From Oligoflexales bacterium (GTDB taxonomy: Bacteria > Bdellovibrionota_B > Oligoflexia > Oligoflexales > JAPPIL01), in the NCBI GenBank assembly GCA_965215515.1, contig OZ244057.1, positions 704,001-768,000 of the forward strand: a stretch of 64,000 nt of DNA, written 5' to 3'. This document shows positions 1 through 10,400 of the stretch, piece after piece. Each line of letters begins with the position of its first letter. Within the stretch, counting starts at the first letter, position 1. Below the pieces are notes generated by a model. It made no database searches. It worked only from the letters and a program-made list of their open reading frames with translations, and was not told where the DNA came from. The position numbers were made by a program, and so were the translations under genes.

Positions 1-3000
1 CTCAGCAGCAAGAGAAATCCAGCACAGGGTTTGTGGTGCATAGGCTTAAGTCAGCATTGTTCGATCCAGGAAAAATAAAGCATCTCGATAAGGTAAGATT
101 ACGTAATGGCAAGTTGCAAAAGATATTGCAAGCTTTGACCTTGAGCAGACCCAAAAACAAAAAAGAAAAACGTGGACGGGTAAGCTATGCCTCACTCGGT
201 ATCAATCAACTCGGCGCAGCTTATGAAAGCCTCTTATCTTATACTGGTTTCTTTGCACAACGCGATCTCTATCGTCTTAAGCCTGTGAAGGTAAAGCAAA
301 AAGATGTTGCGAAAGAAGAAGATAGTATATTTTATGCAGAAGACAAAATTGTACAAAAGTATAGCGGCAACGAGGTTGATAAAAAATGTCGCTTGAGCAA
401 AGATAACTTTGTGCTTGACGAGGAGGATAACCCTGTTATCAACAAAAAAGGCTCGTTTGTCTATCGCTTGGCAGGCAAAGATAAACAACTGTCTGCCAGC
501 TACTATACCCCCGAATCGCTGACTAAGTGCACAGTCGAATATGCCTTAAAAACTCTTTATGAAGATAAGCAGCATGTAGATGATCTATGGCAAGTAAAAA
601 TTCTAGAACCAGCCATGGGGTCAGGGGCGTTTTTGATCGAAGCTGTCAATCAGTTAGCAGACAAAATCTTTCAGCTAGAAAAACCTGACAATGGCATGCC
701 TGCTGACGAAAAACAAAAAATGCTGTATGACATCAAGCAGCAGTTAATTGCTAACAACGTCTATGGCGTAGACTTGAATCCTACTGCGGTTGAGCTAGCC
801 CGCTTCTCGCTATGGCTCAACTGTATCAACAGCGGCAAGCCTTCACCAGAGATCAGTAATCTCAAAGTTGGCAATAGTCTGACAGGAGGTGGGCTGACCA
901 AAAACGACGATGGTATCTACAATTGGCTGTTGATCGACAAGGGGTGGGGACAGTATGGCAACCAACTGAAAATTTACACAGAAAATGCACACAAGGAGCT
1001 AAAAAGTTTCGGCAGCAAGCTAAACAAGTCACGTCTTGATAACCACGATGAGCTACTGGTAAGCACACAAAAGCAGGCAGAAGATACTGTCGTTAAGTTC
1101 AAAAAAGACCATACCACAGGACATACCCCACTAACTAAATGCCTCGACCTCTGGTGCAGTGCCTTCTTCATCAATAACGAAGCACTTGTCTTCTTCCCTG
1201 CGACACACAAGGACTATCTCAATTGTATACAGAAAATTTTACGCGGACAGTTGCTTGATGAACGCCTAGAAAATTTTATCGCCGACACAGCTAAACGACA
1301 GAAATTTTTCCACTGGCAACTTGCCTATCCACAGGCGATGTTCAGCGGTGGTTTTGATCTCATTCTTGGCAATCCGCCCTGGGTGAAGATACAGTGGGAA
1401 GATATGACTCAAATCAGAGATTATAATGCTATCCCCGCGGTACGTGAATTGAACGCTACTGCTACGAGAAAATTTGCGCAGGAAGAGTTAGCTATAGCAA
1501 CCAAGCAAAAATTAGCACAGGAATGTATCAACATAGATGGCTATAGCAAAATTCTTGACAGCGATAATTATTCCGTGCTCAGTAAAGTCAACAAAAACAG
1601 CTACAAGAGTTTTACCGCACTGGCATTGCAACTGCTATCTTCCGCGGGTGTATCGGGCTTCTTGCATCCTGATGGATTGCTCGAAGATGATAAGGCAACT
1701 GCGATTAGAGCAGAACTGTATCGCAAGCTGCGCTACCACTTTCAGTTTGTGAATAGTTTGAAGCTATTCACTGATATTCATGGCCGCAATAACTTCAGTA
1801 TTAATATTCTGCAAAATAAATCTACAAGAGTGGTATTTGACCATATCGGTAATCTCTTCAATCCCCTGACCATCAAAGCCTGCTATGAAGATCGTCAGCA
1901 GCTGAGCACACACTATGTGCCTCTTATCAAAGATGAGCAGGGCAAACTCGAAACTCGTGGTCATCGTCAGCGTATTATTCGCATTACCGACCAAGAAATA
2001 CAATTATTCGGCAAATTTCTGAATGACAGCAGCAGTGCACCGCCGTTTTTAAATCTGCACAGCGAGGGGTTGTTTAACTTTGTGAAAAAAATATCTGTAG
2101 CAAACACGACGGTAGGGGAGTGGCTCGGTGGTAAACAGAATTATCTTGGCTCGCGTATGTTCCAAGAGACAGGCGCACAGGACAAAGGGTTTATCAAGCT
2201 AGACAACCGTTATCCTGCAAGTATTGAGCAGTTGATTCTCTCAGGCCCGCATATCGAGGCAGGTAACCCTCTATTTCAACAGACACTAGAAGAATATAAA
2301 TCAAGCTCTTCATACCAAAAACTTGACCTAGATAACATTGCCGATGATCATGTGCAACGTGCCCGTTATCAACTCACCATCTCACTTACTGAAGCAGACA
2401 AAGTACTGCCAAGCTTTATCGGCAAACCCTATCGCAGTTTTTACCGTCTTGCTACTAGACTAATGGTTAATCCATCTAATGAGAGGTGTATGTTTACCTG
2501 TCTAATCCCACCAGGAGTGAGCCATGTTCACGCAATAGTTAGCTTTGCAACTAGAGATTACGACAAGTTATTGATCATCGGTGGCATATCTGCTTCTATT
2601 GTCATTGATGGTATGCAACGCTTGATAAACACCACGAATTTTCTTGAAACCACTTTCGCCAAGCTCCCGCTCGGCAATGAAAAATTCTTCGCCTCTATCG
2701 CCCGTCGTTTCCTCTCCCTCAATGGCTTGACCATATATTATGACGAACTGTGGCGCAGTGTGCCTAAACTTAAACGCAAAGATAACCTTATGTCAGGCAG
2801 AAAACTCTTCGGCTATGGTGAAGCTTATCAACGTAATGCCGCCCTACGTAACCCAAACGAACGCAAGCAAGCCTTGCTCGAAATTGACGTATTGACCGCG
2901 CTATCGTTCAACCTGACCATCACCGAACTTATACAGGTATATGAAATACTGTTCCCCGTCATGGCAAAATATGATCGCAATAAAGGTTACGATAGGAAAA

Positions 3001-3047
3001 ACAAAATGCAAGAAGCATATGTGTTTTTTAAACAAAGGGGTTGGTAG
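1..3047 (+). CDS. Large N6-adenine DNA methyltransferase (type IIG/Eco57I-like, DrmMI/ArmB-like), 5' part outside window
   Basis: Frame is open from the window edge. Motifs SYYTPESLT, ILEPAMGSGAFL (motif I), YGVDLNPTAVELARFSLWL and FDLILGNPPW (motif IV) in gamma-class order, followed by a TRD-like C-terminus. Confidence 0.88.
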   Translation, partial: QQQEKSSTGFVVHRLKSALFDPGKIKHLDKVRLRNGKLQKILQALTLSRPKNKKEKRGRVSYASLGINQLGAAYESLLSYTGFFAQRDLYRLKPVKVKQKDVAKEEDSIFYAEDKIVQKYSGNEVDKKCRLSKDNFVLDEEDNPVINKKGSFVYRLAGKDKQLSASYYTPESLTKCTVEYALKTLYEDKQHVDDLWQVKILEPAMGSGAFLIEAVNQLADKIFQLEKPDNGMPADEKQKMLYDIKQQLIANNVYGVDLNPTAVELARFSLWLNCINSGKPSPEISNLKVGNSLTGGGLTKNDDGIYNWLLIDKGWGQYGNQLKIYTENAHKELKSFGSKLNKSRLDNHDELLVSTQKQAEDTVVKFKKDHTTGHTPLTKCLDLWCSAFFINNEALVFFPATHKDYLNCIQKILRGQLLDERLENFIADTAKRQKFFHWQLAYPQAMFSGGFDLILGNPPWVKIQWEDMTQIRDYNAIPAVRELNATATRKFAQEELAIATKQKLAQECINIDGYSKILDSDNYSVLSKVNKNSYKSFTALALQLLSSAGVSGFLHPDGLLEDDKATAIRAELYRKLRYHFQFVNSLKLFTDIHGRNNFSINILQNKSTRVVFDHIGNLFNPLTIKACYEDRQQLSTHYVPLIKDEQGKLETRGHRQRIIRITDQEIQLFGKFLNDSSSAPPFLNLHSEGLFNFVKKISVANTTVGEWLGGKQNYLGSRMFQETGAQDKGFIKLDNRYPASIEQLILSGPHIEAGNPLFQQTLEEYKSSSSYQKLDLDNIADDHVQRARYQLTISLTEADKVLPSFIGKPYRSFYRLATRLMVNPSNERCMFTCLIPPGVSHVHAIVSFATRDYDKLLIIGGISASIVIDGMQRLINTTNFLETTFAKLPLGNEKFFASIARRFLSLNGLTIYYDELWRSVPKLKRKDNLMSGRKLFGYGEAYQRNAALRNPNERKQALLEIDVLTALSFNLTITELIQVYEILFPVMAKYDRNKGYDRKNKMQEAYVFFKQRGW

Positions 3048-3058
3048 TGATATTTGTC

Positions 3059-3330
3059 AGGGGCTACGCTCCCGATACCCCCATTGAGGGAAGGTTAGGG
3101 GTTTCACCCCTAAGACCCCGACAAAGGGGCAAAGCCCCTTTGAACCCCTGTGTAGGGAAGAAGAAAAAGGAAGGGAGAGTTAGGGCGCTGCCCCAAACCC
3201 CGCCAACTTTTTGTAAAAAGTTGGATCAAAAACTTTTGGCTGGGAAAGGAGAGGAGAAGGAAAGGAGAGTTAGGGGTTTCACCCCTAAGACCCCATAAGC
3301 TTTTTATAAAAAGCTTGACCAAAAATTTTT
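3059..3330. repeat. Intergenic array of GGGG-loop-CCCC-N-ACCCC hairpins and AT-rich palindromes (REP-like)
   Basis: Exact 26-mer gttaggggtttcacccctaagacccc at 3094-3119 and 3269-3294. Hairpin caaaggggc-aaa-gcccctttg at 3122-3142. Palindromes ccaacttttt-gt-aaaaagttgg (3203-3224) and aagctttttataaaaagctt (3297-3316). Confidence 0.85.
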
Positions 3331-3345
3331 AATTGGAAGTTAGCT

Positions 3346-6300
3346 ATGAAACACAACCTAATACCACTTACACTCGCACACGAAGTAAAAGAAAACGTGC
3401 TCGGCTACCTCAAAACCACCTACAATATCAATAACCAAAAATTCAGCACCGCCCTTGAAACGTTCTTCCAAAAAAATCTTTGCCATCCTCCCTACATAGA
3501 TATCAAACTACCCTTCAAACTCGCACATACACACACACCTAACATCGACTTAAACCTATCCTTCACCCCCTACGAACACCAAACACAAGCCATGCAAAGA
3601 CTATCCAGTAAAAATAAACAACCGACCAATACCATCATCACCACAGGCACAGGCTCTGGTAAATCAGAATGCTTCTTCATCCCCATCATCGACCACTGCC
3701 TGCGGCAACACCAGCAACGCGGTATCAAAGCAATACTTATCTATCCCATGAACGCCCTCGCTAACGATCAAGCCAGCCGTATCGTAGAATTTTTATTCAA
3801 CAATCCACAAATAACACCTGACAAAACGAAACTCCCCCTCGTCTCCGCAGGTATGCTCATCGGTGAAGCTCGCGATCAACGCGACAGATGTAAAATTATG
3901 CACAAAACCTATCAAGACGGCAAAGAAACCTACCGCATCATCGACGACCGCCACACACTGATCGCTAACCCCCCCGATATTCTCCTCACCAATTACAAAA
4001 TGCTCGACTATCTGTTGATGAAACCAGAATTCGCTAACCTCTGGCAACAATCAGCGACCCTACAATACCTCGTGCTTGACGAAATGCATACCTACGATGG
4101 CGCACAAGGTGCTGACGTTGCCTTTCTTATCAGACGCTTAAAAGCCAAACTCAACCTCAATAACATTACCTGTGTCGGCACTTCCGCCACCCTTGCCAGT
4201 AACACCGATAGCAAAACACCCCTAACAACCTTCGCCGAAAAACTCTTCGGCGAAACATTTACCCATGACAATATCATCACCGAAACACGCCAAACTGTGG
4301 CAGAAGTTTTTCAAAATATCGACAGCTCTATACATACCATACCACCCGATACCCAAGCACTAGACTATCGCCCATACAAGACACTAGCAGAATATCTGCA
4401 AGCTCAAACAACGCTGTGGTTTGCAAATACAGAAATTAACAGCAATACCGAACTTGCCCAATATATCAAACGTCATACCTTAACACATGCCTTGATTGAA
4501 ATTTTTTCTGAAGCTGGCCAGCCCATGACAGAACAAGACATGCTGCAAAAATTAGCTGACAAAGGCTATCAACTCTCAAGCGCACAACTTGCTAGCTACC
4601 TTGCCCTCCTTGTCCATGCCCAGAAAGATAAAACTGCAAACGCACCTCTCTATCACGTGCGTATACAACTGTGGTTGCGAGAATTGCGTCGCCTGCTCGT
4701 ATCTTTGGATAACGATAATCCTAAATTTACTTGGCAAGAAGATATAGATGAAAACAACAAACAAGCCTATCTTCCACCCGTTTTTTGCGAAGAATGCGGT
4801 GAAGTTGGCTATCTCAGTGCCTGTCAACGTGATGAGCTCATCTTGAATGACATCAACCGCATCTACAAACTATATGCTATGCGTGATGAAAACGTCCGCT
4901 ACCTGTTTCCACAGCAAACATCTGATCCTATTGATAGCTCAAAAATAAAAATTTGCTCGATCTGTGCCTATGTTGAGCCTGAAGATATCGTCATCCAACA
5001 ACATGATGCCTGCCCGCACGATCAAGGTATCTGGCAACGTTTTACCTGTTATCAAGCTGTATCGGAAGAAAATAAATGTGATAAACGTCGCTGCCCCGCA
5101 TGCGCTACTAACGACGCTTTACGCCTTGTCGCTAGTCGGGTTACAACATTGAGCAGTGTCATCAATAGCCAGCTATATCTGTCTACCTCAAACCCGCCTG
5201 CTTCGAAGAAACTGCTGGTATTCTCTGATGCGGTGCAGGATGCTTCACATCGCAGCGGCTATTACAATGCTCGCACCTATCGCTTTAATTTTCGCACTGC
5301 AATTCAATCTTTTTTCAAAAGCCATCAGCACCAAACCTTTAAACTTAACGATGCTGCAGAAAAGTTTTTCACCTATTGGCAAACAAAAATTGGCGAGCAA
5401 AAGACCGTGGCAACCTTTACCCCCAGCGATTTACGTCGCTTGCCTGAATATCATGATTACTTTCACAGCAAAGGTAATGCTTTGCTTGCCCTGCTCAAAA
5501 AACGTATCGTGTGGGAATTTTATCTTGAATACTCGTTGCGTTCACAAGTAGGACGCACACTTGAAAAGACTCTATGCTCAGCCGTTTTTATCGACACCGA
5601 CCTTGCCGCTACCATAGATGCGACTTACGATGAAATTGCCAGTAACTATGAAGTTGCCCGTCACAGCAAACGAGAGGGTGGCTACCGTGCCTTCGTGTTC
5701 GGTATCGTCAAGCGGCTATTGATGAAAGGCGGTATCGCCCTTGACGTTATGCAGGCGTATCGTTACGAAGAAAACACATGGAAGCTAGGCAAAAATAACC
5801 GTGATCAACTGTGGATCAGCAACTTGCCTCGCGGTCGTATGCAACGCGGTAGCGATACAGGTGCATTGCCAAAATTCTTAACAACTAATAGTAATTCAAA
5901 AGTTTTTGAAAAAGTGCATACTGCCAACAATAACAGCAACTGGCATTGTCTGTGGTTGGAGAAAATTTTTGACTGGCAACGTGCACACTTTTCGCCACAA
6001 GAATTTCATCGTCTGTATACCGACATTCTCTGTGCCTTAAGCAAGGCAGGTATCTTGCATAAAATAGAAAACGGCAAGAAGGACTATAGTAATTTTGGCA
6101 TTGCCCCCCAACACCTTGCTGTGTCAACGGAAGTAATTAAACTACAGTGTGGCACATGCTATCATAAAATCGTGGTAGCACAACAGCAAGTTGACCTGTG
6201 GCAAGGGTTGCCCTGTCTTGCTGCTCGCTGTGCAGGGAGCTATGAGCTACAGACAGAAGCAAACGCTGAACAAATGTACTACCGCCGTATCTACGAAGCT

Positions 6301-9300
6301 GGCGAGGTTGAGCGCATCTTTGCTTATGAACACACGGGATTGTTGGGACGCAAGCGACGGGAAAAAATTGAAGCTGAATTCAAAAACAACACAGATAGGC
6401 ATGCGGATGCCATCAACCTATTGTCCTGCACGCCAACTTTGGAGATGGGTATAGATATTGGCGATCTGTCAGCGACCGTCGTTGCTTCGTTGCCACGCAG
6501 TACCGCAAATTATCAACAGCAGGTTGGACGAGCGGGGCGCAAATCAGGTGCATCGCTTATCGTCGCCATTGCCCAAGCTAAACCACGTGATCTGTTACAT
6601 TTTCAAGAGCCGCAAGAACTGATTGCAGGCAATGTGCAACCGCCAGGCTGTTATCTCAACGCGGTAGACATGCTGCGCCGTCAAGTGCTCGCCTATCTGC
6701 TTGATACGTGTTTTGAGCAGATAAGAGGTAATAACAAACTAACCCTAGCAACCTTGCACGAAGAATATCTGCAAAAAATAAACGGCAGTGGTATTATGCT
6801 GAATTTACAGAAATTGCTTGCGGCACATGGTGATGAGTTGTTGCAAAACTTTTACAGACAACTGCAAGATAAGATTGCAGAACATACATGGCAAGAGACA
6901 CGAGATTATTTTTTAGAAAGAGACACTATGGATAACGTGGTAAAAAATTTGCGCGCGACAGTGGGCAACTATGACAAGGCTTTGGCTGAAATTGTGCCAA
7001 AGCTAAAAGAGGTGCAGAGTGAAATTAAAAAACTTACAAAAAAGAACGTAACTAGTGATGAAGATAGAAAAAATTTGCGAGAATTGCATCGTGAGCAAGC
7101 AGGCTTGTTAGCACAGAAGGGTTCTATCGGAGGTGAGGATAGTTTCTTTGCCTTTCTTACTCGTAATGGCTTTCTGCCCAACTATGCTTTTCAGGAGCAG
7201 GCAGTTGAGTTGAAGGGTGTTATTATTGATAGTAGAGATGGAAAGAAGAGCATCAGCACGGAGAGCTTCGAGCGTCCTGCGAAGATGGCTCTGCGTGAAT
7301 TTGCGCCAGGCAATACTTTTTATGGGGGAGGGTATAAAATGCAAATCGACCGTTTGAACATCGGTACACCGAAAAAAACATTGATCGAAGAGTGGCGAGC
7401 CTGTCACTTATGTGGCTATCTCGCCCCTAATCGTGAAGATGAGCGCATTAATTGCCCTAAGTGTAATGATCACATGTGGTCGGATGAGGGACAGAAACTG
7501 AAGATGCTGAAAATTTCACAGGTGGTATCTGTCGAGGACGTGTTATCTAGTCATGTTGGTGATGAGGCAGATGAGCGTGATAAGAAAATTTTCAGGATAA
7601 GATCCTACTTTGATATTGACAAAACCAGTGTGCAACAAACACTTGCCCCTAAAAATGATTTTGTTTTTGGTATTGAGTTTCTTTCCCGTGTGAAGTTGCG
7701 GGAAATAAATTTTGGGGAGGAGAAACCAGCTGCTGATGAAATAAAAATTGCTGGTGACAAACAGCCGCGTGGCTTTACTATTTGTAATCGCTGCGGTCGC
7801 TTACAAAAAGATGGTGACGACAAGCCACAGCATACATCTACTTGTCCTTATCGTAAACACACTACTAACGTTGACCGTGCTAGCACACGTGGTCATGAGC
7901 GGCTTGTGTTGTTTAGAGAGCTGCAATCGGAAGCGATACGAGTGTTGTTGCCTGTGTCCGAATACGACTCAGAGATACGGATGACTTCGATCAAGGCAGC
8001 ATTGCTTTTAGGGTTTCAAGAAAAATTCGGCGGCAAACCACTACATCTTGAGATTGAAGAGCAGAAAGTTATTACGCCGCTCGGTAGCAATATGCCACGT
8101 CGTTATCTTGTTATGTTTGATGCAGTACCAGGCGGTACGGGGTTTTTGCGTGATTTGTGGGATAAAGATTCTTTCTTTGAGTTAGTTGAAAAGGCTTATC
8201 AAAAGATTATCAGTTGTGCCTGCCAAGATGACCCTGAACGCAATGGTTGCTTACATTGTGTTTTCAGTGGAGTTAGTCAATTTGAAATTCCCCACGTCAA
8301 GCGAAATGAGGCGGAAAAATATCTGCATAACATTCTTAAAAACAAAGAATACATGCAGGAGTTAGAGGGTAGTCTTGAAACTGTACCTATCGATAGTGTT
8401 CTTGATAGCGACCTTGAGCATCGTTTTGTCAGTCTGCTAAAAGACTGTGCAACAGGCAAGTATCGCAACAAACTAAAAGAAGCTGGAATTGCAATCAAAA
8501 ACTACTTTGCTCTTGATAAGCACGGAGCAAAATTTAGCATCAAGTATAAAGATCACGAACAACAATACACTATGCGGGCACAGCAAGCTTTGAACGCTGG
8601 GGAAAACAGAACCGTATGTGATTTTATTTTCAGACCCAATGCGAGGCACAGCAAGGCGCTTGCTTTGTTTCTGGATGGTTTTGAGTATCACGCGAACGTT
8701 AGCTCAGGCGATCGTTTTCAAACTGATTTCATTAAACGACAAGCATTGTGCAACGGCGAGGGAGTAGAGGCAATGCGTGTTTGGAACTTAACTTGGCGAG
8801 ATCTCAATGAATTTAAAAACTCCAGCAGTCAACATAGTATTAACTATCTTGGACAAAAGATCTCTCGCGGTCATGCTTTTGGCGACAATCACTTCTTGCT
8901 GCTGCTAAAACTACTGGCTGGCTACGAGCCTAGTGCTAATGATTGGAAAAACTTTTTGGAAAATAAAGGCGAAAAAATAAAAACAAACGAGCATTTTGTT
9001 GAACATTTGCAAGCACTAGCAGTTGATGCAGATGTCATCAACAACATCAACAAACTCGCTAAACATGACCCTGAAGGACTGTGGCAGACATTTCAGCTGA
9101 AGAGCAATAGTCATTATTTCGCCTATCTAATTAACAGTGAAACCAAAACGAAAGAAACGTTGCTGAGCACCGTTTCTCCACGCGATGCTCGTGCTGACGA
9201 CGAGTTCCGCCGTCGCTGGCATGATTTCCTGCATAGCTGGAACATTGCACAGATGTTTTCTGACAAAATGCACAGCAAAGTTTGGGCTGAGAGTGCCTAG
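3346..9300 (+). CDS. YprA/MrfA-family DExH helicase with DUF1998 Zn-binding domain and C-terminal PD-(D/E)xK/Vsr-like nuclease domain (DISARM/Druantia/ARMADA-type defence helicase)
   Basis: TGTGSGKSE (Walker A), VLDEMHTY, GTSATL, CTPTLEMGIDIGDL, YQQQVGRAGR, DUF1998-like FDAVPGGTG...CACQ...GCLHC, C-terminal CDFIFRP...ALFLDGFEYH, and several CxxC pairs. Confidence 0.9.
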   Translation: MKHNLIPLTLAHEVKENVLGYLKTTYNINNQKFSTALETFFQKNLCHPPYIDIKLPFKLAHTHTPNIDLNLSFTPYEHQTQAMQRLSSKNKQPTNTIITTGTGSGKSECFFIPIIDHCLRQHQQRGIKAILIYPMNALANDQASRIVEFLFNNPQITPDKTKLPLVSAGMLIGEARDQRDRCKIMHKTYQDGKETYRIIDDRHTLIANPPDILLTNYKMLDYLLMKPEFANLWQQSATLQYLVLDEMHTYDGAQGADVAFLIRRLKAKLNLNNITCVGTSATLASNTDSKTPLTTFAEKLFGETFTHDNIITETRQTVAEVFQNIDSSIHTIPPDTQALDYRPYKTLAEYLQAQTTLWFANTEINSNTELAQYIKRHTLTHALIEIFSEAGQPMTEQDMLQKLADKGYQLSSAQLASYLALLVHAQKDKTANAPLYHVRIQLWLRELRRLLVSLDNDNPKFTWQEDIDENNKQAYLPPVFCEECGEVGYLSACQRDELILNDINRIYKLYAMRDENVRYLFPQQTSDPIDSSKIKICSICAYVEPEDIVIQQHDACPHDQGIWQRFTCYQAVSEENKCDKRRCPACATNDALRLVASRVTTLSSVINSQLYLSTSNPPASKKLLVFSDAVQDASHRSGYYNARTYRFNFRTAIQSFFKSHQHQTFKLNDAAEKFFTYWQTKIGEQKTVATFTPSDLRRLPEYHDYFHSKGNALLALLKKRIVWEFYLEYSLRSQVGRTLEKTLCSAVFIDTDLAATIDATYDEIASNYEVARHSKREGGYRAFVFGIVKRLLMKGGIALDVMQAYRYEENTWKLGKNNRDQLWISNLPRGRMQRGSDTGALPKFLTTNSNSKVFEKVHTANNNSNWHCLWLEKIFDWQRAHFSPQEFHRLYTDILCALSKAGILHKIENGKKDYSNFGIAPQHLAVSTEVIKLQCGTCYHKIVVAQQQVDLWQGLPCLAARCAGSYELQTEANAEQMYYRRIYEAGEVERIFAYEHTGLLGRKRREKIEAEFKNNTDRHADAINLLSCTPTLEMGIDIGDLSATVVASLPRSTANYQQQVGRAGRKSGASLIVAIAQAKPRDLLHFQEPQELIAGNVQPPGCYLNAVDMLRRQVLAYLLDTCFEQIRGNNKLTLATLHEEYLQKINGSGIMLNLQKLLAAHGDELLQNFYRQLQDKIAEHTWQETRDYFLERDTMDNVVKNLRATVGNYDKALAEIVPKLKEVQSEIKKLTKKNVTSDEDRKNLRELHREQAGLLAQKGSIGGEDSFFAFLTRNGFLPNYAFQEQAVELKGVIIDSRDGKKSISTESFERPAKMALREFAPGNTFYGGGYKMQIDRLNIGTPKKTLIEEWRACHLCGYLAPNREDERINCPKCNDHMWSDEGQKLKMLKISQVVSVEDVLSSHVGDEADERDKKIFRIRSYFDIDKTSVQQTLAPKNDFVFGIEFLSRVKLREINFGEEKPAADEIKIAGDKQPRGFTICNRCGRLQKDGDDKPQHTSTCPYRKHTTNVDRASTRGHERLVLFRELQSEAIRVLLPVSEYDSEIRMTSIKAALLLGFQEKFGGKPLHLEIEEQKVITPLGSNMPRRYLVMFDAVPGGTGFLRDLWDKDSFFELVEKAYQKIISCACQDDPERNGCLHCVFSGVSQFEIPHVKRNEAEKYLHNILKNKEYMQELEGSLETVPIDSVLDSDLEHRFVSLLKDCATGKYRNKLKEAGIAIKNYFALDKHGAKFSIKYKDHEQQYTMRAQQALNAGENRTVCDFIFRPNARHSKALALFLDGFEYHANVSSGDRFQTDFIKRQALCNGEGVEAMRVWNLTWRDLNEFKNSSSQHSINYLGQKISRGHAFGDNHFLLLLKLLAGYEPSANDWKNFLENKGEKIKTNEHFVEHLQALAVDADVINNINKLAKHDPEGLWQTFQLKSNSHYFAYLINSETKTKETLLSTVSPRDARADDEFRRRWHDFLHSWNIAQMFSDKMHSKVWAESA

Positions 9301-9490
9301 AACATTTAGTTCTATTCGCATTTTGTAAGTTTTTAACTTCGTGGCGAGGGTCTTGAACACCATAAGGATTTCGAGCCATCTAAAGATGATCTATCGCTTG
9401 AATTTGGTGACGAAGCGATCCTCGCTTGTATTGGAGGAGTTGCGGGCTTTGTTCCAGCAGATGCCTTGCTTGACGGTGAATTTGCGCAAG

Positions 9491-10400
9491 TTACAGCTCG
9501 ATAATTTTTGAGAGTAGGCGCCGCGGTAGATGTGATAGTATTTCGTCTGTAATCCTATTGAGTTCCATCTTGGCTATTGTTGGTTGCACGACTACTGAGG
9601 CATGAAAGCGTTTTTTCTGTGCGTGTTGGCTACTCGTTTGTGCCGCTTGTGTGCTGGCTAGTGTTGGTTGTTGCTGGACAGGAGGTGATTTTTGTTGATG
9701 CGTAACATCTGCTTGCACCAGCAAGGCTCTGTCGTCGATAATCACGTGTGTTGGCATACCGATCCTCAGCCTGTCATAATGATCACCACCTTTGCTGCGT
9801 GCATAGCCAAACTCTCCGCCAACAACACCCTTCTCGATGGTTTTACGCAGTACTTCTTCGCTTTCTAGGCGAGGAAAATAGATGTGACTAGCAAGATCGG
9901 CAAAAATTTTAGTTATCAGAACATCGCTGACATCATTTTTGAAATAGTATTTTTGGAGAACGGTGCGCAAGTTGTTAGCCGCCCAATCTTTGACAACCCA
10001 GTCCATACTTATTATTTTATCATCAATAACAGACAGTAGTTGTGCTTTGGATGTGTCAATTTTTTCGTACTCCCACTCGGTGTCGCTACTGCCATCTACA
10101 CGATAAGCATTCATCAAAAAGCAATATGCTTCTCTCACTGTTTGTACAAAGACTTTATTCTCTTTGTTGCAGTTATTCTCGGTTTCTCTCTTTTGATAGA
10201 TATCGAGATTTATTTTCTCGTCGTTGATGTCATCGACAATTGATTGCCAAGCTAGATAAGTTGAACTGTTATCTTTTAGCCTAGTAATAGCAGAATGATC
10301 GATAACAAAAAACAGCAAACGGTTTCTTTTCTGGCGCAATTGTGTACCTCGCTTTTGTAGAAATTCATGTGCCTCTTGTTCGAGTTGAGAATTGTCACCA
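9491..10400 (-). pseudogene. C-terminal remnant of a DUF499-family AAA+ ATPase, 5' part lost at the IS5 junction
   Basis: Recognisable DUF499 C-terminal segments: RGTQLRQKRNRLLFFVID...YLAWQSIVDD...INLD, YFPRLESEEVLRKTIEKGV..GEFGYA, KRFHASVVV...ITDEILSHL. No P-loop. The N-terminus of the predicted ORF is antisense IS sequence. Confidence 0.7.

Noticed and set aside
3059..3330. CRISPR array, or the small ORFs 3041-3298 and 3110-3322
   Set aside because: Only two exact repeats, the intervening sequences are themselves repetitive, and there are no cas genes. The ORFs are low-complexity translations of the hairpin array.
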